Below are positions 1 through 8,812 of a DNA stretch of 64,000 nt, in pieces (within the stretch, counting starts at the first letter, position 1; each line of letters begins with the position of its first letter). The notes below the pieces were generated by a model. It was not told the DNA's origin. It worked only from the letters and a program-made list of their open reading frames with translations, and ran no database searches. A program made the position numbers and the translations under genes. This stretch comes from an uncultured Bacteroidaceae bacterium (lineage in GTDB: Bacteria; Bacillota; Clostridia; Christensenellales; CAG-917), in the NCBI GenBank assembly GCA_964563025.1, contig CAZLVK010000001.1:12451-76450 (forward strand), in the 5' to 3' direction.

Positions 1-1067
1 TTGAGTCCCGTCTCGATAGCCTCCGAACCGCCCTCTTCGAGGAATACGAGAAGGAGAGGTTTGCCGGCAACAAGATACAACGCCACGATAGGCACGCACA
101 ATATCCACACAAACAACAGTCCCGCTCTAAATCCGGGCATAATGCGCTCGGTTTTGTTTGCGCCGAGGTTTTGCCCGGTGTAATTCGATATACCGTTTCC
201 GATAGTGGTAAAGGACGTGACGACGAGGTTGTTGAGTTTCACGCTGGCAGAGTACCCCGCCATAACCGCTTTGCCGAACGAATTGACGACGCTTTGGATG
301 ATTATATTGCCGACGGAAACGAAACTCTGTTGCAAGATACTCGGCACCGCAATGATGACGATTTCCTTGAATATACGTCCCGAAAAGAGTTTGACTTTGC
401 CTGTCGTTTTGATTTTTTTGAGCCTGAACAAAACGGCGACGACGGACAGCACGCAACTGACTCCTTGACAAAGGAAGGTTGCCCACGCGACTCCCGCCAC
501 GCCCATATCGAAAGACGCCACGAACAGAATGTCTACGCCGATATTCGCAAGAGAGGATACGGCAAGGAAGATAAAAGGCGTTTTGCTATCCCCCATAGCC
601 GAGAAAATACCCGTCGATATGTTGTAGTAGAACACGAACGGCAATCCCCAAACGTAAATGTCGAGATACAGAAGGGAATCCGCCATAAGTTCCTCGGGCG
701 TATTGATGAGGGACAGAAGGAGTTCCCCGCAAGTGATACCGAGGACCATCAATACGACGCAAAGCACGCTACCCGAAATCCAGGTGGTATATACGGCGGT
801 TTTCATATCCTCGAATTTCTTCCCGCCGAAGAGTTTCGACACGACGACCGAGCAACCGATATTGCAACCGAAAGCGAATGCTATAAAGATGAGGGTTATC
901 TCATAGGAATTTCCGACGGCGGCAAGGGCGTCGTTGCCTATAAACTTGCCCGCGACGAAACTGTCCGCAAGATTATAAAGTTGCTGAAAAATGATACTGC
1001 CGAACAGCGGTAGACAAAATTTCCAAATGACGTTTAGCGGTTTCCCGACTGTCAAATCTTTTTCCAT
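1..1067 (-). CDS. MATE family efflux transporter, partial (C-terminus lies beyond window start)
   Basis: Not in the supplied ORF track because there is no stop codon inside the window. The reverse complement from ATG 1067-1065 reads MEKDLTVGKPLNVIWKFCLPLFGSIIFQQLYNLADSFVAGKFIGNDALAAVGNSYE...SAMGDSKTPFIFLAVSSLANIGVDILFVASFDMGVAGVAWATF... with no stop down to about position 3. It is multi-TM with a typical MATE N-terminal signature. The listed + ORF 171..1013 is its antisense shadow. Confidence 0.85.
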   Translation of the reverse strand, partial: MEKDLTVGKPLNVIWKFCLPLFGSIIFQQLYNLADSFVAGKFIGNDALAAVGNSYEITLIFIAFAFGCNIGCSVVVSKLFGGKKFEDMKTAVYTTWISGSVLCVVLMVLGITCGELLLSLINTPEELMADSLLYLDIYVWGLPFVFYYNISTGIFSAMGDSKTPFIFLAVSSLANIGVDILFVASFDMGVAGVAWATFLCQGVSCVLSVVAVLFRLKKIKTTGKVKLFSGRIFKEIVIIAVPSILQQSFVSVGNIIIQSVVNSFGKAVMAGYSASVKLNNLVVTSFTTIGNGISNYTGQNLGANKTERIMPGFRAGLLFVWILCVPIVALYLVAGKPLLLVFLEEGGSEAIETGL

Positions 1068-1300
1068 AGATACGCCTCGACGGTTATTTTAGGCTTATAA
1101 AAAAGCAATGTCAACCGACTGAAACAATCAGTTTGAATTATTTTCGTCAAAATCGCAAATCCGTCTATTATTATTCAAAACCGCCGTATAAAGTGCTGAT
1201 TGTGATTTTTGACTATTTCATTTGCATTTCGTTTTCTACCGCTTTACGACAAAAAAACAGCCGTCCGATAAGACGACCGTTTTTGCATAATTTTGATAAA

Positions 1301-2023
1301 CTATTTTTGCATAAGGTACATGAGCATGACTTCGTTCATTCTTGCAATCTCTCGTTCGCAAATGCGAAGGGAACTCAGCGTTCTGCGAAGTCCGAGCCAT
1401 ATGGATTTGATGATGAGAGAGTCTCTGCTGTCGAGTGCCGCCGCAAAGCCTTCGAGGATGAGGAGCAATTCCGCACGAGTTTCGGCGTCGAGTTGCGCCT
1501 CGTTGACGGAGTTCACGAGCGCGATAAGCAAGGATTGCGTTTGCGTGCCGAGACCGGTAGGCGCAAATTCGACGGTGCGTTCGACGAGAGGAGTCTCCTC
1601 TTCTATACCGCCTACGACGAGGCTGACGAGAGCGAGTTTGAAGGGGTCTATGACTCCCGAAACGAATTCCTCATAACTATCCTGATTGGTCGTGGCGGGG
1701 AAATAGACGCTTGCAAAAGCGATGATGTCCATTTTGCCGTTGTCGAACTCGACGAGCATATTGGACACGAGGGCGACGAGAGTTTTCTCGGACTTCGGCA
1801 AGCGAAGCACGTTGTAATCTCCCACCTTCTGCATTGCTTTGCGCTTTTCCGCCTGATAGTCGAAACCGCGATTCACGTACTGTAAAACGGTGCGGAACTC
1901 GTCGTAATAAGCAAGGCATCTGAGAAGATCCTTGACTTTTTTGTCAACCATAATGAGGTTGGCGGTTTGCATATCGTCGGTGATGCTGACAAGAGCGGCA
2001 ACACCCTCTCCTCTATATTCCAT
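1301..2023 (-). CDS. hypothetical protein (240 aa)
   Basis: Intact ORF with natural amino-acid composition. The overlapping + ORFs 1133..1885 and 1293..1676 have shadow-like composition. I recognised no family signature. Confidence 0.6.
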   Translation of the reverse strand: MEYRGEGVAALVSITDDMQTANLIMVDKKVKDLLRCLAYYDEFRTVLQYVNRGFDYQAEKRKAMQKVGDYNVLRLPKSEKTLVALVSNMLVEFDNGKMDIIAFASVYFPATTNQDSYEEFVSGVIDPFKLALVSLVVGGIEEETPLVERTVEFAPTGLGTQTQSLLIALVNSVNEAQLDAETRAELLLILEGFAAALDSRDSLIIKSIWLGLRRTLSSLRICEREIARMNEVMLMYLMQK

Positions 2024-2141
2024 AGTTATACTGCTCCTACGGTATTATTATATCATAATGATACCGCGCGCGCAAGACTTAAATCCGCTAAGATTTGCTC
2101 CCGCTATTGTATTTTGACCGATATTGTTGTAAAATAGTGGT

Positions 2142-3872
2142 ATGAGAATCGGAAAATCACTCAAATTGACGGCGCTTGTCGTCGCGGTAATAGTTATCAC
2201 CGTCGCTCTCGGAACGACTTTTGCGGGCTGTTCTATTTCCTACGGCTCGGAATATTTCAACGCACTCCTCGATGAATTGTTCGCGTCTATGCTGTCGGGG
2301 GACGCAATCTCGGTCAACATACTTCTGTCAAACCCCGAAAATTTCGATATAGACGGCGGAGAGGCTACCCTGCCTCGTCCGCAATTCGACGAAAACGAAT
2401 ACAAGTCGAATATGGAATCGATAAAGGATATTTGCACTTATCTCACTTCCATAAACTACAAGAAGTTATCCTTCGACGAAAAGTGCGCCTACGACACGGT
2501 GATGAACTATTTCTACACCTACTCCAAGCGCGCGGACTACTACTATTTCAACGACAACTACCTCGGCTCGTCGGGCGGTTGGAACGTGTATCTTCCTTTG
2601 TACCTTGACAAGTACGCATTCAAGAGCGAAAAGGACGTGCAAAATTGGATATTGCTCGCATCCGACGCCAAGGACGCCTTCCCCGAATACGTCGAGTTCG
2701 AGAAAAAACGTATAGCGGCGGGATACGCGAGAGCGGATTTCATCTACGAGGGAATAGCCGAACAATGCGAATCCATGGCGACCGTCGAAGAGGGAGAGGA
2801 ACACTTCCTCATCGGAGTGTTCGAGAATAAAATCGAGAGTTGCGACTTCCTCACCTCGGCGCAAAAAAGCACTTATATAAGTCAAGCCCGAAAGACAATA
2901 GAAGAAAGTTTCATACCCGCATACAAAACGCTATCGGAAAGCGTAAAAGCCCTCGACGGCAAAACCGAAAATCTCTCATTGTCGAATTATCCGAACGGCA
3001 AAAACTACTACGCTCTTCTCTTTGAAGAAACAGCATCGACAAGCGACTCGGTAGACGTTGCCTACTCCAATTTGCTTTCGGCGTACAATACAAAGTTGAG
3101 CGAACTTCGCACCCTTGCGTCCACTCTCGAAGAGGACGTCACCCTTGACGTCAATATGACCAAATCGGCACTTCAAGAATACTATACGCTCCTCAAAACG
3201 TCGTATACCGCCGACTTCCCCGCAATTCCCGACAGCGTACCGTCCGCGACTTTGAAGTCCGTTCCCGAGTCGATGGCGGACTTCTACAACCCCGCGAGTT
3301 ATTTCAAATCCGCGGTGGACGATTCCTCCGCAGAGGAAACCATTTACGTCAACGAATACAACGCCGGCGGTTATTACGGTTTCGATATCATCTCCCACGA
3401 GGGTATCCCCGGGCACCAACTTCAACACTCCTATTTCAAGACGAGCGGAGCACATCCTCTTCGTACTATTCTCGGCTACACGGGCTACGCCGAGGGCTGG
3501 GCGTCATACGCTCAATATTACAGCGCAAAATACTTCCCAGGCACCGAGCAAGAAAAACTTGCGTATCAAATCGAATGTCTGAACGACGAACTCATCACCT
3601 ATCTCTACACCATAGTGGATATCGAAATCAACTATTACGGAATGACTCTCGACGAGTTTTCAAGCCACGCGGTCTACTCACAAATCTTCACCGCTCCCGA
3701 ACGCGCCTACGAATATATGATAGAGAACCCCGCGGTCTACTCTTCATACGGCTACGGCTGTTACAAGATGAGGGAACTCCGCGCCTCGTACAACGGCACG
3801 GACAAAGCCTTCCACACGGCAGTGCTCGAAATCGGACCGACCACGTTTGAAATCCTCGAAAAGTTCTTATAA
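2142..3872 (+). CDS. DUF885-family lipoprotein (metallopeptidase-like)
   Basis: N-terminal signal peptide with lipobox (TTFAGC|S). The C-terminal motif SHEGIPGHQLQ matches the HExxPGH signature I associate with DUF885. 576 aa. Confidence 0.8.
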   Translation: MRIGKSLKLTALVVAVIVITVALGTTFAGCSISYGSEYFNALLDELFASMLSGDAISVNILLSNPENFDIDGGEATLPRPQFDENEYKSNMESIKDICTYLTSINYKKLSFDEKCAYDTVMNYFYTYSKRADYYYFNDNYLGSSGGWNVYLPLYLDKYAFKSEKDVQNWILLASDAKDAFPEYVEFEKKRIAAGYARADFIYEGIAEQCESMATVEEGEEHFLIGVFENKIESCDFLTSAQKSTYISQARKTIEESFIPAYKTLSESVKALDGKTENLSLSNYPNGKNYYALLFEETASTSDSVDVAYSNLLSAYNTKLSELRTLASTLEEDVTLDVNMTKSALQEYYTLLKTSYTADFPAIPDSVPSATLKSVPESMADFYNPASYFKSAVDDSSAEETIYVNEYNAGGYYGFDIISHEGIPGHQLQHSYFKTSGAHPLRTILGYTGYAEGWASYAQYYSAKYFPGTEQEKLAYQIECLNDELITYLYTIVDIEINYYGMTLDEFSSHAVYSQIFTAPERAYEYMIENPAVYSSYGYGCYKMRELRASYNGTDKAFHTAVLEIGPTTFEILEKFL

Positions 3873-3983
3873 TAAAAACTCGACATAAAACCTTGCGATT
3901 TGCTTAATCCTTGTGCTAAATCTTTTTTTGCCGTATTCCACGCAAAAACCGATTTTACTATAAAAACAAGGAGGTGTGTTACA

Positions 3984-4280
3984 ATGGGAGCAGGAGGAGT
4001 TCCAAACAGAACTGTAATAATAGTCAGGATAGATAAACATGGTGCCTTGCCGACTCGGAATGTTAAGCCCAATTCAAGATATGATTTATATGTCCATGGT
4101 GAAAAGAAACAAAGCAGATGGTTCGATTCCACAGGAAAAGTCATAAGAAACCGCGACTATTTTCATCAAGATGCGCATAATGATCATTTCTTTCCACACG
4201 ACCACATATGGAATTGGACAACAGGATTTCCTAAGAGAGACAAAAACATATTGCCACCCGACTATAAGAATTATAAATAA
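3984..4280 (+). CDS. small His-rich hypothetical protein (98 aa)
   Basis: Start moved to ATG 3984, preceded by AAGGAGG (3969-3975). It contains the motif DYFHQDAHNDHFFPHDHIWNW. It is AT-richer than its neighbours and lies 12 nt upstream of the next CDS. Confidence 0.55.
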   Translation: MGAGGVPNRTVIIVRIDKHGALPTRNVKPNSRYDLYVHGEKKQSRWFDSTGKVIRNRDYFHQDAHNDHFFPHDHIWNWTTGFPKRDKNILPPDYKNYK

Positions 4281-4292
4281 CGAGGACAATTC

Positions 4293-5495
4293 ATGACAAA
4301 ACGAATAACCGAATATGAAGAAGATAAGCAAATAAAAAAACAACTTCTCGTACGAAACGAGTTCCTTTATTACGGAAATTCGGCTCCGTTCGATATGCCT
4401 ATTATCAAGAAACAAGATATCGACCTCGACGAAATCGAATTTCTCAGTTACGTAAACGCCAAAATCAACGACGCGGATAACAAAAACAAGACGATTCACT
4501 TTTTCACTTACGACTGGAAATTTGAGAAAGTCTATTCGGAACCTGAGAAAGAACTTGAAAAGTTGAAACAATACCGTTATTTGCTGAGTCCCGATTTCAG
4601 CATTTTCACAAACATGCCGTTACCGTTGCAAATGACAAGCATATTCAAAAACCGTTGGTGCGGTGCATATTGGCAAAGCAAAGGGCTGAAAGTTATCCCG
4701 ACCGTTTCTTGGGGAGATAGAAATTCTTTCGACTTTTGTTTCGAGGGCATAGAAAAAGGCTCTACGGTCGCGGTCTGCACTTACTATCGCGAAAATTGCG
4801 AAGAAGAATTTATGCTCGGTTACAATGAAATGTTGAAAAGAATACAACCTCAAGCAATACTTTGCTACGACGAGCCGTTCGATTCGATGAAGGGCAACGT
4901 CAGAGAGTTTTTGCCCACAACCTATGAATGGACAAAAAATTTAGATTGGAAAGACCTTGCGCAATTTAAGTGGGAAAAGCATAACCGTAACGTATCCGGG
5001 CTCAATCCTGCCGATTTCAAATTTTTCGACTATGTAGATCCGCTTGCAAAAACTACGATAACGAAGTGTTCTATCTGCGGAGGACTTGCAATGCAAGACG
5101 ATTACGGCAACGGCGAATGTACGAATTGTGGTTGGGAATTCAGCGCAGACGAAGAAGAATTCGAGCGCAAACTCGGCATCAGTTATCCTATGCTCGTTTC
5201 TCCTACCACTGCCCGCGAACAATATAAACGAGGACTACCCTTCAAAGCGACTTTCGACGAATTCATCAAAGGTCTCAAATTCTATGCCGAAATGTTGTTC
5301 AAGCACGACGGTTTTGCATACGCCGTATATCTGACGAGCGACGACCGCATCAGATTAGACTTGAAGACAACCTATATAGAATTCGAGACCGAAGAGGAAT
5401 TCAGAAACACCGCCGCTATTGAGGACGGACGACTGCTTAAAGATATTTGGGACGAAATCGATTTTGCAGGATTTATGTATTGCGGTGAGCCTTAA
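4293..5495 (+). CDS. DUF4417-like domain protein with C-terminal zinc-ribbon (CPCC-like) extension
   Basis: The N-terminal half carries HFFTYDWKFEKVY and NRWCGAYWQSKGLKVIPTVSW, which I associate with DUF4417. Further along, CSICGG...CTNCGWEF is a four-Cys ribbon resembling the CPCC Cys-rich family. 400 aa. Confidence 0.6.
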   Translation: MTKRITEYEEDKQIKKQLLVRNEFLYYGNSAPFDMPIIKKQDIDLDEIEFLSYVNAKINDADNKNKTIHFFTYDWKFEKVYSEPEKELEKLKQYRYLLSPDFSIFTNMPLPLQMTSIFKNRWCGAYWQSKGLKVIPTVSWGDRNSFDFCFEGIEKGSTVAVCTYYRENCEEEFMLGYNEMLKRIQPQAILCYDEPFDSMKGNVREFLPTTYEWTKNLDWKDLAQFKWEKHNRNVSGLNPADFKFFDYVDPLAKTTITKCSICGGLAMQDDYGNGECTNCGWEFSADEEEFERKLGISYPMLVSPTTAREQYKRGLPFKATFDEFIKGLKFYAEMLFKHDGFAYAVYLTSDDRIRLDLKTTYIEFETEEEFRNTAAIEDGRLLKDIWDEIDFAGFMYCGEP

Positions 5496-5507
5496 ACTCT
5501 GACTTGC

Positions 5508-5540
5508 GAACGCCGTATAATCGGCGTTCTTTTTCTTTTT
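5508..5540 (+). terminator. rho-independent terminator after the DUF4417 gene
   Basis: GAACGCCG-tataat-CGGCGTTC followed by a T-run (tttttcttttt). Confidence 0.8.
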
Positions 5541-5608
5541 CGGTTAATCCTATTGCTTTTGCACGCATTTGTGGTATAATTTTCACAAATAAAATTTGTG
5601 AGGTTTAT

Positions 5609-6988
5609 ATGGAACTGACCTATAAAAGACAAAACGTCTATTCTTCGGCAGACGAAAAAGAACTGAATGCCATCTCCGCTTACGCAGAAGGCTACAAGAC
5701 CTTCCTCGACAACGGCAAGACCGAGCGCGAAGTCGTCGCCGAATCCATCGAAATGGCAAAAGCAAACGGCTACAAGGAATATTCCCTCGGCGCGGAAATC
5801 AAGCCCGGCGACAAACTCTACTACGACAACCGCGGAAAAAGCCTCTTCCTCATCAAGGCAGGCACCGCGGACATCGCTAAAAACGGCATCAGAATTATGG
5901 TTGCACACGTGGACAGCCCTCGTCTCGACCTCAAACAAGTGCCCCTCTTTGAAAAGAAGAATATCGCTTACGTCAAAACACACTACTACGGCGGTATCAA
6001 GAAGTATCAATGGTTCACCATCCCCCTCGCTCTTCACGGCGTAATCGTCCTCAAAGACGGCTCCAAAGTGACCGTGAGCGTTGGTGAAAGCGAAAGCGAT
6101 CCCGTGTTCTACATCACCGACCTTCTCCCCCACCTTGCACAAGAACAAGTCAAGAAGGAACTCGGCTCCGCGTTCCCCGCTGAAAACCTCAATCTCATCG
6201 TCGGCGGAATCCCCGCAGTCGGAGAGGAAAAGAACGCGGTCAAACTCGGCGTGCTCCGCATTCTCAACGAACGCTACGGCATAACCGAAGAAGACTTCCT
6301 CAGCGCGGAAATCGAAGCGGTCCCCGCATATAAGGCAAAAGACGTCGGATTCGACCGCTCCTTCATCGCAAGTTACGGCCACGACGACAGAGTGTGCGCA
6401 TATCCCGAAATCACCGCAACCTTCGAGACCGAAACCGACCAAACCGTCCTCACCGTCCTCGCAGACAAAGAGGAAATCGGCAGCGAAGGCAACACCGGTA
6501 TGCAATGCATCCTCATCAAGGACATCATCGACAAAATCGCATCCAGTTACGGCGTGGACAGCGCGGTCGTCAGAGCGAACTCCAAATGCTTGTCCGCAGA
6601 CGTAACCGCCGCGTTCGATCCTCATTATGCGGACGCTTTCGAAGCTGAAAACGGCTCCTATGACGGCAATATGTCCTTTGCGGGCTACGGCGTCGCTATG
6701 AATAAATTCACCGGCTCCCGCGGTAAGTCCGGCTCCAACGACGCAAGTGCGGAATTTATCGGCTACCTCAGAGGCATCTTCGCGCGCGACAACGTCATCT
6801 GGCAAACGGGCGAACTCGGCAAAGTGGACCTCGGCGGTGGCGGTACGGTCGCGAAATTCCTCGCCAACTACAATATCGACACCGTAGACCTCGGCGTTCC
6901 CGTACTCTCCATGCACGCCCCCTACGAACTCATTTCCAAAGCGGACGTCTACTCGGCGCACAAAGCCTTCTCCGCTTTCGTGAAATAA
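5609..6988 (+). CDS. M18-family aminopeptidase
   Basis: MELTYKRQNVYSSADEKELNAISAYAEGYKTFLDNGKTEREV... matches the N-terminal architecture of aminopeptidase 1/ApeA-type M18 enzymes. Conserved stretches include VAHVDSPRLDLK and SYGHDDRVC. The start was moved from 5504 to ATG 5609. Confidence 0.8.
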   Translation: MELTYKRQNVYSSADEKELNAISAYAEGYKTFLDNGKTEREVVAESIEMAKANGYKEYSLGAEIKPGDKLYYDNRGKSLFLIKAGTADIAKNGIRIMVAHVDSPRLDLKQVPLFEKKNIAYVKTHYYGGIKKYQWFTIPLALHGVIVLKDGSKVTVSVGESESDPVFYITDLLPHLAQEQVKKELGSAFPAENLNLIVGGIPAVGEEKNAVKLGVLRILNERYGITEEDFLSAEIEAVPAYKAKDVGFDRSFIASYGHDDRVCAYPEITATFETETDQTVLTVLADKEEIGSEGNTGMQCILIKDIIDKIASSYGVDSAVVRANSKCLSADVTAAFDPHYADAFEAENGSYDGNMSFAGYGVAMNKFTGSRGKSGSNDASAEFIGYLRGIFARDNVIWQTGELGKVDLGGGGTVAKFLANYNIDTVDLGVPVLSMHAPYELISKADVYSAHKAFSAFVK

Positions 6989-7003
6989 CCTCAACGCAAA
7001 CCA

Positions 7004-7030
7004 AAACCCGCTCGCCGAGCGGGTTTTATT
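7004..7030 (+). terminator. rho-independent terminator after the aminopeptidase gene
   Basis: AAAACCCGCTCG-ccga-GCGGGTTTTATT. Confidence 0.85.
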
Positions 7031-7038
7031 ATTGCTAT

Positions 7039-7071
7039 GTCATTCCGAGAGTCATAATACTCGGACTGCAC
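7039..7071 (+). repeat. partial copy of the GTCATTCCGAG dispersed repeat, with local hairpin
   Basis: gtcattccgaga matches the 5' end of the repeat family seen at 7367, 7459 and 39559. TCCGAG-agtcataata-CTCGGA forms a hairpin. Confidence 0.5.
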
Positions 7072-7366
7072 TCTTTCGGAGACGGAACACGAGGCGCAAC
7101 GCGCCGAGCCGGCGAGTGTTGAGCGGAGCCGTTTAGCACAAGCGACTGCGTGCATTGGGTTCGCGTAGCGGCACGCACAAAGCGCAGTGACATAACGAGG
7201 AACGTCGCTTAGCGCGAAACCGAGTGTGTCCCCCTGCGCAAGCAGTCGACGTGGGTTCCCCGTAGAGGGGGAACGTCGATTGGGGAAACACGTGAGGAAG
7301 AGGGAAATTTAGATTAAGGTGCAAGCACTACCCTCTTTGTCGCTTTCAAGAAAGCGATGACGGTAC

Positions 7367-7402
7367 GCTTCCGCGAGATTCCCACGCTCCGCTCGGAATG
7401 AC
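7367..7402 (-). repeat. dispersed intergenic repeat (GTCATTCCGAGCGGAGCGTGGGAATCTCGCGGAAGC)
   Basis: The reverse complement of 7367..7402 is nearly identical to 39559..39594, with 2-3 mismatches over about 33 nt. It shares both ends with 7459..7505. Confidence 0.8.
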
Positions 7403-7410
7403 AATCGGGC

Positions 7411-7426
7411 GCGGGTGTCCCCGCCC
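7411..7426 (+). repeat. GCGGGTGTCCCCGCCC hairpin repeat, copy 1
   Basis: Exact 16-mer repeated at 7541..7556. GCGGG/CCCGC stem with a tetraloop. Confidence 0.8.
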
Positions 7427-7458
7427 TTATAACCACAGTCGGTTTTCCCATTCACTTT

Positions 7459-7505
7459 GTCATTCAGAGGAGTGCATTAGCACGACGTAGGAATCTCGCG
7501 GAAGC
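7459..7505 (+). repeat. dispersed intergenic repeat, variant copy
   Basis: gtcattcagagg...gtaggaatctcgcggaagc shares both termini with the family. It is in inverted orientation relative to copy 7367..7402. Confidence 0.65.
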
Positions 7506-7540
7506 AAACGGCACTGATATACGCACTATATCAATCGTGT

Positions 7541-7556
7541 GCGGGTGTCCCCGCCC
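7541..7556 (+). repeat. GCGGGTGTCCCCGCCC hairpin repeat, copy 2
   Basis: Exact duplicate of 7411..7426. Confidence 0.8.
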
Positions 7557-7963
7557 TAATTTAACCAAAACGGAAATTTTGCGGAACTACAAATTGAGTT
7601 TTGAGTCGGCAAGAGTTGTAGCAAAAAATTTTCGTTGCGGAGAAGTTGCGTTGCAAGTGCCGTCAGAACGATTTTCCTCCGGAAAATCGCCGACGGCTTC
7701 GCAGCATAAGCAACCGTGTTTCGCATATACACGCTTAATTTTTCATCGTCAAACGCAATATTCGTAAATTTTAGACAATTTTCGTATAATTATTCAAAAA
7801 CGTTGAATTTTTTAATAAATCTTTCACATTTCCGACAAAAATTGCATAAAATTAAATTTATGAAATTTTTCAAAACCCCCCAATTTTTTAATGTTGTTTT
7901 AATAATTGGCAAAAATAATGCGCTTGTAAGACAAGTTCTTACACATCTTTGTTTCAGCTTGCG

Positions 7964-8054
7964 CTCAGCCGTCTACGCAAGTCTTGTAATCCTTCCTTAA
8001 TCCCCTACTCTACGGCTGAGAAAAAAGCACCGCATCATTGCGGTGCTTTTTTTT
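7964..8054 (+). ncRNA. candidate small RNA (stem-loop with CU-rich loop plus intrinsic terminator)
   Basis: CTCAGCCGT (7964-7972) pairs with ACGGCTGAG (8012-8020). The enclosed loop contains CCTTCCTTAATCCCCT. A terminator hairpin with a T-run follows immediately. No credible ORF is present, and the 5' end is undetermined. Confidence 0.3.
8021..8054. terminator. bidirectional rho-independent terminator
   Basis: AAAAAAGCACCGCA-tcat-TGCGGTGCTTTTTTTT, with an A-run upstream and a T-run downstream. Confidence 0.8.
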
Positions 8055-8147
8055 GCGACAGTTCGGATTGCGTTTTCATTCGCAAGGCAAACGGTTACTT
8101 CATATCTTGACCCGCCTTGATGCTAAAATGAAATCATTCGCCTTATA

Positions 8148-8178
8148 TAAAGACACACCGCGGTTGCGGTGTGTCTTT
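8148..8178 (-). terminator. terminator of the 8192..8812 gene
   Basis: An 11-bp stem AGACACACCGC/GCGGTGTGTCT with a 4-nt loop lies just downstream of the stop on the minus strand. The U-tract is short (TTTATATAA). Confidence 0.6.
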
Positions 8179-8191
8179 CGCTCGTTGATTA

Positions 8192-8812
8192 TTAGAGTGC
8201 CTTGACGATTTCGATAAGTCCGAGGACGCGTTTCAATGCAAGTTTGCTGTTGACCTTGAATTGGAAGGGAACCTCTTCGTAGACTTTCTTGTGTCCCATA
8301 TTGACGTGAGGAGTTTTGCCGTCGTTGAATTCGGGAGCGTCGGGATCGAGAGGGAGATTGATACGCAAGGACGTGCCGATGATGGTAACCTTTGCGATGA
8401 TGTCCCCGTTTCTGCGATAGGTGTCGCATTGCTTGGAAACTCTGGACTTGATTTTGGGTTCGCCCTTCTCGGTGGTGGTGAGAGCGGTCTTGATGATTTC
8501 GTAACGCTCCTTGACGATTTCGTCGGAGAGTGCGTACTTCTCGGCGAAAGTGAGGCTCTTGCGGTTTGCTTTCTTCTCCATGACTTTTTCGTAGTCGAAT
8601 TTTTTGCCGAGGGAGGAAGTCAAATCTTCGACCGCGACTTCGGGTTCGACTTTTTGTTCGTTCATCTTTTCAAAAGCGGTGGCGCAAGGGGTTGCGTCCG
8701 TCTTATCGCAGAAAGTGCAATAATCGTAGCGACCGCACATATCTATATGATTGGTTTCGGAATCCAACCATTTTTGCAAATCCATTTTTTCTTGAAGGGC
8801 TTTTTTGTCCAT
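8192..8812 (-). CDS. hypothetical Cys-motif protein (206 aa)
   Basis: Natural K/E-rich composition. The N-terminal cluster is CGRYDYCTFCDKTDATPC. A terminator lies downstream. The overlapping + ORF 8261..9004 is a shadow. I recognised no family. Confidence 0.65.
   Translation of the reverse strand: MDKKALQEKMDLQKWLDSETNHIDMCGRYDYCTFCDKTDATPCATAFEKMNEQKVEPEVAVEDLTSSLGKKFDYEKVMEKKANRKSLTFAEKYALSDEIVKERYEIIKTALTTTEKGEPKIKSRVSKQCDTYRRNGDIIAKVTIIGTSLRINLPLDPDAPEFNDGKTPHVNMGHKKVYEEVPFQFKVNSKLALKRVLGLIEIVKAL

Noticed and set aside
5492-6994. A 500-aa minus-strand ORF covering the whole aminopeptidase locus
   Set aside because: It is antisense to a gene with clear M18 homology. Its composition is the V/F/G/D/E/R/H-rich pattern typical of shadow ORFs. 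It has no RBS or motifs, and a + strand terminator follows the sense gene.
7080-7330. GC-rich structured segment considered as a known housekeeping RNA (RNase P, tmRNA, SRP, 6S) or a group II intron domain
   Set aside because: The signature motifs I know are not present (RNase P GAGGAAAGUCC, tmRNA tag ORF with acceptor end, SRP helix 8 motif, intron domain V). It is left as an unexplained part of the repeat region.
7585-7640. The hairpin CTACAA...TTGTAG plus GTTGTAGC, reminiscent of a Cas9 repeat or tracrRNA
   Set aside because: No repeat-spacer array and no cas genes occur anywhere in the window. The similarity is limited to a few bases.
7716-8000. A 94-aa ORF in the AT-rich gap
   Set aside because: The sequence is low-complexity, F/N/K/I-rich, and has no RBS. 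It terminates inside a stem-loop. I interpret the region as promoter or sRNA rather than coding.
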